In this document: one piece after another, positions 6,546-15,109 of the stretch | How positions within the stretch are numbered: the stretch's first letter is position 1 | How the letters are laid out: every line of letters begins with the position of its first letter | Assembly: GCA_036002705.1 (NCBI GenBank) | Contig: DASYTB010000275.1 | Coordinates: 1 to 32,382 of the forward strand | Direction: 5' to 3' | From: Verrucomicrobiia bacterium | Lineage (GTDB): Bacteria > Verrucomicrobiota > Verrucomicrobiia > Limisphaerales > SXQI01 | Length of the DNA stretch: 32,382 bases | Notes under the pieces: model-generated | The model's input: only the letters and a program-made list of their open reading frames with translations | What the model was told of the DNA's origin: nothing | Databases searched by the model: none | Position numbers and translations under genes: made by a program

Positions 6546-6830
6546 TTACTTCTTTTTCGGCAGCACTTGCTCCACATCTGTGTGCGGACGCGCGATAACG
6601 TGGACGCTGACCAGTTCGCCTTTGATGGCTTTGACGGCTTGCGCGCCGGCGTCGGTGGCGGCTTTGACGGCGGCGACATCGCCGACGACTACGGCCGTCA
6701 CGAGCGCGTTGCCAACCTGGGTCATCGGGCCGGCCAGTTCCACGTTGGCCGCTTTGAGCATGGCGTCGGTCGCTTCCACGAGCGCCACCAGGCCGCGGGT
6801 TTCAATCATTCCAATTGCTTGTTGTGCCAT
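6546..6830 (-). CDS. BMC-H shell protein (PduA/EutM/CcmK-type, single PF00936-like domain)
   Basis: 94 aa. [32 protein letters not shown]...[19 protein letters not shown]...VHVIARPH. It starts 8 nt after the ackA stop. Confidence 0.92.
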   Translation of the reverse strand: MAQQAIGMIETRGLVALVEATDAMLKAANVELAGPMTQVGNALVTAVVVGDVAAVKAATDAGAQAVKAIKGELVSVHVIARPHTDVEQVLPKKK

Positions 6831-6838
6831 AAATCTGC

Positions 6839-8131
6839 TTAGTTTCGTGTTTTGAGTTTCAAGTTCCGAGATTCGTTCGTTAAGAGACGTCGCACTTCGC
6901 GCGCAACGACGAGTTCTTCGTTGGTCGGGATGACCATGATTTTGACTCGCGCGCCATCCCGGCTGATCACCGCTTCTTCGACGCGTGTTTTGGCGTTCTT
7001 CTCCGAATCCAACTCAATTCCGAGTTGATCCAGATCGGCGCAGATGGCTGCGCGGATATCAGGATTATTTTCGCCGATGCCAGCCGTGAACACGAGCGCG
7101 TCGGTCCCATTCATTTGCGCGAGGAAAGCGCCGATCCAATGTTTCACCGACGCAACAAAGACATCGATCGCGAGCTTCGCCTTCTCGTTGCCTTGAGCGG
7201 CAGCGCTCTTGATATCACGAAAATCATTTGAGAGGCCGCTGATTCCTTTGAGCCCTGATTCCTTGCAAAGCTGCCGCTCCACCTCTTCCAGCGACAGGCC
7301 GAGCGTTCGCATCACAAAAGGAATCGCGAAACTATCAAGTTCGCCAACTCGGTTGTTGTTGGGAAGACCAGATTGCGGACTCATGCCCATGCTGTTGCCG
7401 ACAGAAACGCCGTTAAAAATGCCGGTGATACTCGAACTTCCGCCGAGGTGGCAGGAGATCACGCGGAGGTTAGGACTGCCCTTCTCAAATTCTTTCCGAA
7501 ACTCCAACTCAAAATCATTCGACGTATAAAGATTTTGCGCCCGCTGGGCGACATCCTCGCGCCCGAGCAGTTGAGCGCTCCGCTCAGCGATGAATTTGTG
7601 GCTCGCGCCATGATATCCCCAACGGCGAACACCGGCTTCGGTCCATTGATCCGGCACGGCGTAGCGCATGATGGCTTCTGGCGCGTATTGGTGGCAGGCT
7701 GTCTCAAACAGCCCAACCAGCGGCACGCCGGGCATGCGTTTCGCAAAAAGGCGAATTCCGACAATGTAAGGAGGATTATGCGCGGGTGCGATGCCATTGA
7801 ATGCCTCCATCGCTTTAAGCACCGTCTCATCGAGACGCACGCAGCCGGTCACTCCCTTGGCGGCCACAGTCTTGAAGCCAACCGCCGCGAGATCTTTTTC
7901 GCTATGGATATGGCCGGAATCGAGGAGTTGCGCCAGGCATTCCTCAATCGCTTTCGGATAATCGCTCACGCGCTCGAAGCCGCCCTTGTGGAGCATCTGC
8001 TCCGGGCCGTTCGAGAGCTCAAACAGCCGCCATTTCAGCGAGGTCGAGCCAATATTCGCGACGAGGACTTTCACGCCAGGTGAAAAAGGATTATTGCAGA
8101 AGCCACTTGCCGAGTGTCGGCAGTCCATCAT
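6839..8131 (-). CDS. ackA: Acetate/propionate-family kinase
   Basis: 430 aa as tracked. [27 protein letters not shown] and FTAGIGEN are acetate kinase hallmarks. The tracked ATG (8131) overlaps the upstream BMC-H gene by 41 nt. An in-frame GTG at 8074 directly precedes [14 protein letters not shown] and is an alternative start. Confidence 0.9.
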   Translation of the reverse strand: MMDCRHSASGFCNNPFSPGVKVLVANIGSTSLKWRLFELSNGPEQMLHKGGFERVSDYPKAIEECLAQLLDSGHIHSEKDLAAVGFKTVAAKGVTGCVRLDETVLKAMEAFNGIAPAHNPPYIVGIRLFAKRMPGVPLVGLFETACHQYAPEAIMRYAVPDQWTEAGVRRWGYHGASHKFIAERSAQLLGREDVAQRAQNLYTSNDFELEFRKEFEKGSPNLRVISCHLGGSSSITGIFNGVSVGNSMGMSPQSGLPNNNRVGELDSFAIPFVMRTLGLSLEEVERQLCKESGLKGISGLSNDFRDIKSAAAQGNEKAKLAIDVFVASVKHWIGAFLAQMNGTDALVFTAGIGENNPDIRAAICADLDQLGIELDSEKNAKTRVEEAVISRDGARVKIMVIPTNEELVVAREVRRLLTNESRNLKLKTRN

Positions 8132-8372
8132 GCGGGCGAGGGATCACCTGCACACTGACGACGGAACCAACCTGAGCTGCGGCGGCGGCCCCGGCATCCG
8201 TCGCTGCCTTGACGCTGGCCACGTCGCCGCGGAAAAAGGCAGTGACATAGCCGCTTCCAATTTTTTCCCAACCGGTAAAGGTAACGTTCGCCGCTTTCAG
8301 GGCGGCATCCGTGGCTTCGAAAAGAGCGCAAAGCCCTTTGGTTTCGATCATGCCAATTGCTTGTTGAGACAT
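8091..8372 (-). CDS. BMC-H shell protein with canonical KIGSG pore loop
   Basis: 93 aa. [61 protein letters not shown]. Confidence 0.92.
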   Translation of the reverse strand: MSQQAIGMIETKGLCALFEATDAALKAANVTFTGWEKIGSGYVTAFFRGDVASVKAATDAGAAAAAQVGSVVSVQVIPRPHDGLPTLGKWLLQ

Positions 8373-8396
8373 ATAAAATCGATTTTTAGTTTGTTC

Positions 8397-8693
8397 TTAC
8401 TTTTTGACCGCTGCCGGAACCGCATCGCCGAGAAAGATTTTGCTCAGGTCTTCGTGCGCCCGTGCGATGACGTGCGCCGCAACCAACTCGCCCACCTTGC
8501 CCGCAGCCTTGGCACCCGCGTCCACAGCCGCTTTTACGCTCGCGACGTCGCCGCGGCAGATGACGGTGATCAAGCCGCCGCCGATGGGGATGGTTTTGGA
8601 AATGGTCACGTTCGCGGCTTTCGCCATGGCGTCGGTGGCTTCGACGCTGGCGGTGTAACCTTTCGTTTCAATCATGCCGATTGCTTCGCTCAT
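8397..8693 (-). CDS. BMC-H shell protein
   Basis: I take the internal ATG at 8693 as the start ([29 protein letters not shown]...[15 protein letters not shown]), giving 98 aa. The tracked longer ORF (to 8789) would add 32 non-homologous residues and overlap the pduL 3' end by 65 nt. Confidence 0.85.
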   Translation of the reverse strand: MSEAIGMIETKGYTASVEATDAMAKAANVTISKTIPIGGGLITVICRGDVASVKAAVDAGAKAAGKVGELVAAHVIARAHEDLSKIFLGDAVPAAVKK

Positions 8694-8724
8694 ATTTTTA
8701 TCGTTTTTGGTTCGCTCCGAAAAA

Positions 8725-9405
8725 TCATTTAAGTAGTTGGCAGGGAGTGTCTGGCTGGAGATCGCAGGCGTTGCCTTCGTCGGTGTCAATATGGACTTCC
8801 AGCTTGAAGCTCTTGTCCACGCGCGCCAGCATCTTCTCTAGAGTGATCGCGCACGGCCCGCCAATTTTCAGGCGCATCTCGTCGCCGTTTTTCACTCCGT
8901 AAAACTCCGCGTCGGCGGGGCTCATATGGACGTGACGCAAGGCACGGATCACGCCATTGGGCATCTCAAAAAATCCGTTCGGTCCCATCAACATGCCGCC
9001 AGGAGTGCCCTCAATATTTCCGGAAGGCCGGAGTGGGATATCGAAGCCGAGCGCAATGGAATCCGTATAGGCCAGCTCCACCTGGTTCAATGTCCGGCAC
9101 GGTCCCAAGATGCGAAGATTGGAGATGACCCGACTGCGCGGGCCAATCAAGGTCAGCGACTCTTTGGCGGCGAATTGCCCCTCCTGGTAAAGCCACTTGT
9201 GGACCTGAAGCTGGTGTCCTTTTCCGAAAAGAGCTTCAACCGCTTCCTGCGTGAGATGGCAATGGCGGGCGCTCACATTCACGACAAGCGGATTGGGCGC
9301 TTGCGCGGCGCGGGGCAAAGGCTTCCCTAAACGCTGGTAAACCGTCTGGCGGACCAGATGTTCAATTACGGCGCGCGGGGCTTGACTGGGCAACACAACG
9401 GCCAT
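8725..9405 (-). CDS. pduL: PduL-type phosphotransacylase, first gene of BMC operon
   Basis: 226 aa. Two PduL repeats ([20 protein letters not shown] and [18 protein letters not shown]). N-terminal helix [16 protein letters not shown]. Confidence 0.9.
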   Translation of the reverse strand: MAVVLPSQAPRAVIEHLVRQTVYQRLGKPLPRAAQAPNPLVVNVSARHCHLTQEAVEALFGKGHQLQVHKWLYQEGQFAAKESLTLIGPRSRVISNLRILGPCRTLNQVELAYTDSIALGFDIPLRPSGNIEGTPGGMLMGPNGFFEMPNGVIRALRHVHMSPADAEFYGVKNGDEMRLKIGGPCAITLEKMLARVDKSFKLEVHIDTDEGNACDLQPDTPCQLLK

Positions 9406-9509
9406 CTCTACGACTCATTTTGAAAGAAAATGAATTTAAGTCAATAAAAATCTTTCAAATATTTTCATTATCGTCCATAATCTACCAATATCTATCAAAA
9501 CCGCTTAAA
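9406..9509. promoter_or_regulatory. AT-rich divergent control region between pduL operon and DeoR gene, with 8-bp inverted repeat
   Basis: The only strongly AT-rich stretch I noticed in the window. It contains a perfect inverted repeat, TTGAAAGA (9420-9427) / TCTTTCAA (9451-9458). Candidate sigma70-like elements are TTGAAA (9420-9425), a 17-nt spacer, then AATAAA (9443-9448) on the plus strand. The mirror TTGAAA (9458-9453) lies on the minus strand. These promoter calls are speculative. Confidence 0.5.
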
Positions 9510-10421
9510 ATGAAGGCTGAAGAACGCCGGAAACGGATTCAGGAGTACCTTTCGAAGGCGGAGTTCGCCTCTCTTGAGGAGCTGTCCAGGCATGTTTCGG
9601 CTTCGCCTTCCACCATCCGGCGGGATCTGAACCTGTTAGAGAGTGGCGGAAATATTCGGCGAACGCACGGTGGCGCTTGTCTCGTGAACCTGCGCTCGGA
9701 TGATTACGTTTTTGCCCAACGAGAAACGGTTCAACTTCTCGAGAAAGAGGCGATTGCTCGTGCCTGCGCCCAATTGATCCAGCCGGGCCAGAGCGTGATT
9801 ATTGACGCCGGGACGACGGCTTTCCAGGTAGCGCGCCAACTCGAGGATAAAGCATTACAGATCATCACGAACTCACTGCCGGTGGCGAATTTCTTTGCCT
9901 CGACTCCGAACGTCGAAGTCATTGTCTCGGGAGGTGTGATTTATCCCCGACTCGGAGTGCTGGTTGGGCCTTTGGCCGTGGAAGTTTTCACCAGGACGCA
10001 TGCCGACGTCGCCATCATGAGCGGCGGCGGGATTACGCCGGAAGGCGTAACCAATTCTCACGCCCTGCTGATCGACATTCAACGAGCCATGATCGAAGGG
10101 GCCAGCCGCGTCATTTTCTGCTTCGACCACACCAAAGTCGGTCGCCGTTCCGTCGCGCATCTTTGCGATCTGGCCAGCATTGACACGGTGGTGACCGATG
10201 CCGGCGCACCGCCGGAGATAGTGGCCGCGCTGCGCCAAGCCGGTTTGGAAGTCTTGCTGGCAGGCGAAACGACCTCGCTGGTCCAGTCGCCGGAAAGCGA
10301 ATTATCCGACTGTGAGCCTTCCAAAGACAACGCTTTGAGTCCTTCTCCTTCGAACAAGCCTGCAGCCGAGCCTGTCGCCTCCACTACTGGTGATCTGAGC
10401 GGTGGAATGAGTTGGGATTAA
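9510..10421 (+). CDS. DeoR-family transcriptional regulator (HTH + sugar-phosphate-binding domain) with low-complexity C-terminal tail
   Basis: I take ATG 9510 as the start (MKAEERRKRIQEYLSKAEFASLEELSRHVSASPSTIRRDLNLLESGGNIRRTHGGA, the canonical DeoR N-terminus). The tracked TTG start at 9420 would read through the AT-rich control region. Confidence 0.88.
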   Translation: MKAEERRKRIQEYLSKAEFASLEELSRHVSASPSTIRRDLNLLESGGNIRRTHGGACLVNLRSDDYVFAQRETVQLLEKEAIARACAQLIQPGQSVIIDAGTTAFQVARQLEDKALQIITNSLPVANFFASTPNVEVIVSGGVIYPRLGVLVGPLAVEVFTRTHADVAIMSGGGITPEGVTNSHALLIDIQRAMIEGASRVIFCFDHTKVGRRSVAHLCDLASIDTVVTDAGAPPEIVAALRQAGLEVLLAGETTSLVQSPESELSDCEPSKDNALSPSPSNKPAAEPVASTTGDLSGGMSWD

Positions 10422-10475
10422 GAACAAGCGATCAGGGCTTCGCCTTCCGGGACGCAGTGTGAGTTACTCCCGCGT

Positions 10476-11900
10476 TCAGCTTCCGCCCAAAGCTTTGAAG
10501 ACCGCGACGAGGGCGGTGGCGGTGCGGGTTTGGCTTTGGGCGAATTGATCTTCGGTTACGAGTTGGGCCCGCTCGGCATCGAGCACGACGAGGAAATCGA
10601 CAGCGCCGGCATCGTAGCGCTGGCGGGCGAGGACGGCGGCGATCCGGCTATCGGCGACGCTTTGCTGGAGGTAACCAAGACGCTGTTGTTCGCGGCCGAA
10701 AGCGACGAGGGCATTTTCGGCTTCTTCGAGACTGGTCAGGACGGTGCGCTCGTATTGGGCCAGATAGGACTCGGCGCGGGCGTTGGCGGCCTGGATGCGC
10801 GCGCGAACGTGTCCGAGGTCAAGGGCGGCCCAGGTGATGCGCGGGCCAAAAGACCAGGCTTCGCCGTTCGCGGTTCCAAGGGCGCTGAAATTCGAGGCTT
10901 CCCAGCCGAACTGACCGTTTAAGGTGACGCGCGGGAAAAGATCGGCGACCGAAACCCCAATATTCGCGGTGGCGGCGGCGAGGTTCCGTTCCGCAATGCG
11001 AATGTCAGGCCGGCGGCGGAGCAATTCATTCGGATCGCCGATATTCACAACGTTCGGCAGCGCGGGCAAAGAGCCGGGCGGCGTCAATTCCGCCCGAAGG
11101 GCAGTCGGCTGTTGGCCGGTGAGAACGCCGAGCCGGTGGATCGCTTCAGCTACAGAGGTCTCGAGCGGAGGAATGATGGCCAGAGTATTGTTCAGAATGG
11201 AACGCGCGCGCGCCACGTCCAGTTCCGTGCCGCGACCACCTTCGAGGCGAGCGCGGGTGATATTGACCGTTTCCTGTTGGTTGGTGACGTTTTTGTAGGC
11301 GACAGCGAGTTCATTTTGCAGGCCGCGCAATTCAAAATAGTTCCGCGCGATCTCGCTGGTGAGGGAAACGCGGACGGCTTCGAGCGACGCTTCAGATGCC
11401 TCCATCGCCGCGGTGCGCGATTCCACCGAGCGGCGGACTCGGCCGAATAAATCGAGCTCCCAAAGCGCGTCGAAGCCGGCATCGAAAAATGAGGCCCGAA
11501 GCGGTTGCGAAGTGAACCCCGGAAACGAAGCCGGGCTGAGTTGCTCCTTGGTGTAACCAGCGGTGGCTTGAGGAACGGGCAGCAGATCGAATTGCGCCTG
11601 CCTTCGCAGAGCGCGCGCCTCGTTGAGATTCGCGGCCGCGATGCGAAGATCGTGATTATTCGTGAGGGCGGTTTGGACCAGGCGGATCAGGAGCGGATCG
11701 TTGAAGCTGCTCCACCATTGAACGAGCGGCGTATTGGTTGAGTACTGGGCTTCGCCGACACGGCCGAATTCGGCGCTGACCGTCGTTTTCGGCTGGTGAT
11801 AATCCGGCCCCACCGCGCAAGCGGCCAGCAATGAAAGGAGAGCCGACCCCGTTATTATTTGTAATTTCGCGCGCATCTGATTAACCCTTGTCTCACGCAA
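10476..11900 (-). CDS. RND efflux outer-membrane factor lipoprotein (NodT/OprM family)
   Basis: 474 aa. Lipobox LLAACAVGPDYHQP and two repeated OEP-type halves. It overlaps the RND pump stop by 8 nt. Alternative start: Met9 at 11876. Confidence 0.9.
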   Translation of the reverse strand: MRETRVNQMRAKLQIITGSALLSLLAACAVGPDYHQPKTTVSAEFGRVGEAQYSTNTPLVQWWSSFNDPLLIRLVQTALTNNHDLRIAAANLNEARALRRQAQFDLLPVPQATAGYTKEQLSPASFPGFTSQPLRASFFDAGFDALWELDLFGRVRRSVESRTAAMEASEASLEAVRVSLTSEIARNYFELRGLQNELAVAYKNVTNQQETVNITRARLEGGRGTELDVARARSILNNTLAIIPPLETSVAEAIHRLGVLTGQQPTALRAELTPPGSLPALPNVVNIGDPNELLRRRPDIRIAERNLAAATANIGVSVADLFPRVTLNGQFGWEASNFSALGTANGEAWSFGPRITWAALDLGHVRARIQAANARAESYLAQYERTVLTSLEEAENALVAFGREQQRLGYLQQSVADSRIAAVLARQRYDAGAVDFLVVLDAERAQLVTEDQFAQSQTRTATALVAVFKALGGS

Positions 11901-14900
11901 TTTGTTCCTGGCCGTGAATGTGCGAGACAGCCTCGCGGCGAATCTCGCGTTTGCCTTCGGTAATTCGCCGGATCACGACATAGAAAACCGGCGTGAGAAA
12001 AATCCCGAAGAGCGTCACACCCAACATGCCGCTGAAGACCGCGGTTCCGAGAACGCGCCGCATCTCCGCGCCCGCGCCGGTGGAAAGCACCAGCGGAATC
12101 ACGCCGAAGATAAACGCGAACGACGTCATCAGGATCGGGCGCAAACGCAAGCGGCTGCCTTCAATGGCGGCCTCGGTTCGGGAAAGCCCCGCCTCCTGCC
12201 GTTGCCGCGCGAACTCGACAATGAGAATGGCGTTTTTGCAGGCAAGCCCGACCAGCACCACAAAACCAATTTGCGTGAAGATATTGTTCTCCATGCCACC
12301 GATGTAAACGCCGGCCAGCGCGAACAAAATGCAGAGCGGCACGATCAAGATGATCGCCAGCGGCAGCGACCAGCTCTCATAAAGCGCCGAGAGCGTGAGG
12401 AAGACGAAGAGAACGCAAAGGGGAAAGATGTAAACGGCTGTGTTGCCCGCGAGAATTTCCTGCAGCGTGAGTTCGGTCCACTCAAAACCCATCGAAGCCG
12501 GAAGCGTTCGAGCGGCCAAATCCTCCATGATTTTGATGGTCTCGCCCGAGCTTACACCGGGCGCGCCGTTGCCAGTTAATTCAGAGCTCGAGAACATATT
12601 GTAGCGAACCACCTTGTCTGGTCCGGTGGTCGGCCTGACATCGACCACGGAACCGAGCGGGACCATTCCACCCTGGGCATTGTGGGTCTTGAGCTGAAGG
12701 ATGTCGCTAGGTTCGCGGCGAAACGGAGCGTCGGCCATGGCGGTAACCTGGTAGGTGCGACCGAAAAGGGTCAGGTCGTTCACGTAAAGAGAACCGAGAT
12801 AAATTTGGAGCGTTTCGTAAATATCACTCAAGGCGACGGACATAGCCTTGGCGCGCGGTTTGTTCACCGTAACCTGAAGCTGGGGGGTGTTGGCGCGAAA
12901 CGAGGTAAGAACGCTTTGCAGCCGGTGGTCCTGGTTGGCCGCGTTCATCAGGGCGTAAGTGGCGGTCTGCAGTGCTTGCAAACCGGCGCCTCCGCGATCC
13001 TGGATCTGCATCTTAAAACCGCCGACAATCCCGAGACCGTTCACGGCGGGCGGCGGGAAAACACCGCAAAATGCCTCCTGGATCACGGCGAGCCGCCGGC
13101 GCAAATCCGCCACGATCTTCGTCGCGGTCAGCCCTTTCTTCATCCGCTCGTCGAAATCATCAAGAATGATGAAGATCGTGCCGGCGTTCGGACTCGAGGT
13201 GAGGCTGATCGGAGAGAGGCCGGCGAGGTCGATCGTCGCTTTAATTCCGGGCGTTTCGCGGGCGATTTTGCTGAACCGATCCACGACGTCGCCCGTGCGC
13301 TCCAGCGAAGCAGCGTCCGGCAATTGCACCATGGCGGCGACGTAACCCTTGTCCTGTTGTGGAATGAAACCGCTGGGGACGATTTTGAACCCAAAATAGG
13401 TCAGCACGAGTAACCCCGCATAAACAAGCAAAGCCACCGCCGCGAACCGAATGAGCCGGGCGACCACGGACGCGTAGGTGTTCGCGGTCCACGAAAAGGC
13501 GCGATTGAAGCCGCGGAAAAACCAGCCGAAGGCCCGGTCGAGAAAACGAGTGACCAGGTCGTGCCGCGCGCCGTGCGGTTGGAGCAACAGAGCGCAGAGC
13601 GCGGGGCTGAGGGTGAGCGAATTAAAAGCGGAAATGACGGTCGAAATTGCGATGGTCAAGGCAAACTGGCGATAGAATTGCCCGGTAATGCCCGACATAA
13701 ATGCCGTTGGAACGAACACCGCCGCCAGCACAAGGCCCACCGCCACGACCGCGCCGCTGACTTCATCCATCGCTTTATGAGTCGCTTCTTTTGGCGAAAG
13801 CCCCAGTTCAATATTCCGCTCGACATTCTCAACGACGACGATCGCGTCATCGACCACAATGCCAATCGCGAGCACCAATCCGAAGAGTGAGAGGTTGTTT
13901 AGGGAAAACCCAAGGGCATGCATCGCAGCAAACGTGCCGATCAGCGAAACCGGCACGGCCAAAAGCGGGATGATCGAAGCGCGCCAGCTCTGGAGAAAAA
14001 TAACCACGACGAGGACCACGAGCAGGATCGCTTCGATCAAGGTGTGGATGACAGCCCGGATCGACTCGCGCGTGAAGCCAGTGGTATCGAACACAATGCG
14101 ATAGTCAAGACCGGGAGGGAACCGTTTCTTCAGTTGCTCCATGGCGTCATGGACGGCGTCGGAGGTCTCGATTGAATTTGACCCGGGCAACTGGAAAATT
14201 CCGAGGGAGGCATTCGGCTGGCCATTCAGCTTGCTGTCCATACTGTAGTCACGAGCGGCCAATTCAATCCGCGCGACGTCCGCGAGACGGGTGATCTGCC
14301 CGTCCGGCGTGCTCTTGACGATGATATTGCGGAACTCATCTTCGCTGACGAGACGGCCTTCGGCGTTGACGGTGAATTGAAAAGGCACGCCGGCGCTCAT
14401 GGGTGGTTGGCCGATGATGCCCGCCGCAACCTGGGTATTTTGCTCGCGAATTGCGTTGACGACGTCGCTCGCGGTCAAACCCATCCAGGCAACCTTTTCC
14501 GGGTCGAGCCAAACGCGCATGCTGTAATCCCTCGCCCCGAACACCGTCACGTTGCCGACGCCCGGGAGCCGCGAAAGCACGTCCTTCACTTGCAGATAGG
14601 AGTAGTTATCAATGTAAAGTTTATCGAGGCTCCCGTCGGACGAGATGAGATTCACGACAATCGTGATATCTGGTGAACGTTTGGCGGTGGTGACACCCAA
14701 TCGCCGCACTTCCTCAGGCAGGCGCGGTGTGGCCACGGCCACGCGGTTCTGGACCTGGACCTGTGCTTTGTCGATGTCCGTGCCGAGCTTGAAGGTCACC
14801 GTCAGAGTCATGCTGCCGTCCGCCGCGCATTGGGAGGACATATAAAGCATGTTTTCGACGCCATTAACCTCTTGTTCGATGGGCGTTGAAACGGTTTCCG

Positions 14901-15078
14901 CCAGCACTCGTGGGGTCGCCCCGGGATAACGCGCGGTGACGATCACGGTGGGCGGAACCACGTCCGGAAATTGCGCGATAGGCAATTGGATCAGCGCGAG
15001 GGCGCCAACGATCACGATCACAATCGAAAGGACCGACGCGAAAATTGGCCGGTTAATAAAGAAATGAGCGAAACGCAT
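11893..15078 (-). CDS. RND (HAE1, AcrB/MexB-like) inner-membrane efflux pump
   Basis: 1061 aa. MRFAHFFINRPIFASVLSIVIVIVGALALIQLPIAQFPDV is the canonical AcrB-family N-terminus. Length and TM-rich segments fit. Confidence 0.95.
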   Translation of the reverse strand: MRFAHFFINRPIFASVLSIVIVIVGALALIQLPIAQFPDVVPPTVIVTARYPGATPRVLAETVSTPIEQEVNGVENMLYMSSQCAADGSMTLTVTFKLGTDIDKAQVQVQNRVAVATPRLPEEVRRLGVTTAKRSPDITIVVNLISSDGSLDKLYIDNYSYLQVKDVLSRLPGVGNVTVFGARDYSMRVWLDPEKVAWMGLTASDVVNAIREQNTQVAAGIIGQPPMSAGVPFQFTVNAEGRLVSEDEFRNIIVKSTPDGQITRLADVARIELAARDYSMDSKLNGQPNASLGIFQLPGSNSIETSDAVHDAMEQLKKRFPPGLDYRIVFDTTGFTRESIRAVIHTLIEAILLVVLVVVIFLQSWRASIIPLLAVPVSLIGTFAAMHALGFSLNNLSLFGLVLAIGIVVDDAIVVVENVERNIELGLSPKEATHKAMDEVSGAVVAVGLVLAAVFVPTAFMSGITGQFYRQFALTIAISTVISAFNSLTLSPALCALLLQPHGARHDLVTRFLDRAFGWFFRGFNRAFSWTANTYASVVARLIRFAAVALLVYAGLLVLTYFGFKIVPSGFIPQQDKGYVAAMVQLPDAASLERTGDVVDRFSKIARETPGIKATIDLAGLSPISLTSSPNAGTIFIILDDFDERMKKGLTATKIVADLRRRLAVIQEAFCGVFPPPAVNGLGIVGGFKMQIQDRGGAGLQALQTATYALMNAANQDHRLQSVLTSFRANTPQLQVTVNKPRAKAMSVALSDIYETLQIYLGSLYVNDLTLFGRTYQVTAMADAPFRREPSDILQLKTHNAQGGMVPLGSVVDVRPTTGPDKVVRYNMFSSSELTGNGAPGVSSGETIKIMEDLAARTLPASMGFEWTELTLQEILAGNTAVYIFPLCVLFVFLTLSALYESWSLPLAIILIVPLCILFALAGVYIGGMENNIFTQIGFVVLVGLACKNAILIVEFARQRQEAGLSRTEAAIEGSRLRLRPILMTSFAFIFGVIPLVLSTGAGAEMRRVLGTAVFSGMLGVTLFGIFLTPVFYVVIRRITEGKREIRREAVSHIHGQEQIA

Positions 15079-15109
15079 ATTTTTCTTCCGCCTTTTTGCG
15101 TGTAGTGGG

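Noticed and set aside
8694-8789. 32-residue N-terminal extension of the third BMC-H (tracked ORF 8397-8789)
   Set aside because: The extension overlaps the pduL 3' end by 65 nt and has no shell-protein similarity. The internal ATG at 8693 gives the canonical [12 protein letters not shown] start shared with the two paralogues.
9420-9509. TTG-initiated 30-residue extension of the DeoR ORF
   Set aside because: It would translate the AT-rich control region (MKENEFKSIKIFQIFSL...). The ATG at 9510 gives a standard DeoR N-terminus.
10422-10475. Searched the convergent DeoR / OMF gap for a bidirectional terminator
   Set aside because: I found no stem longer than 3-4 bp and no U-tract.
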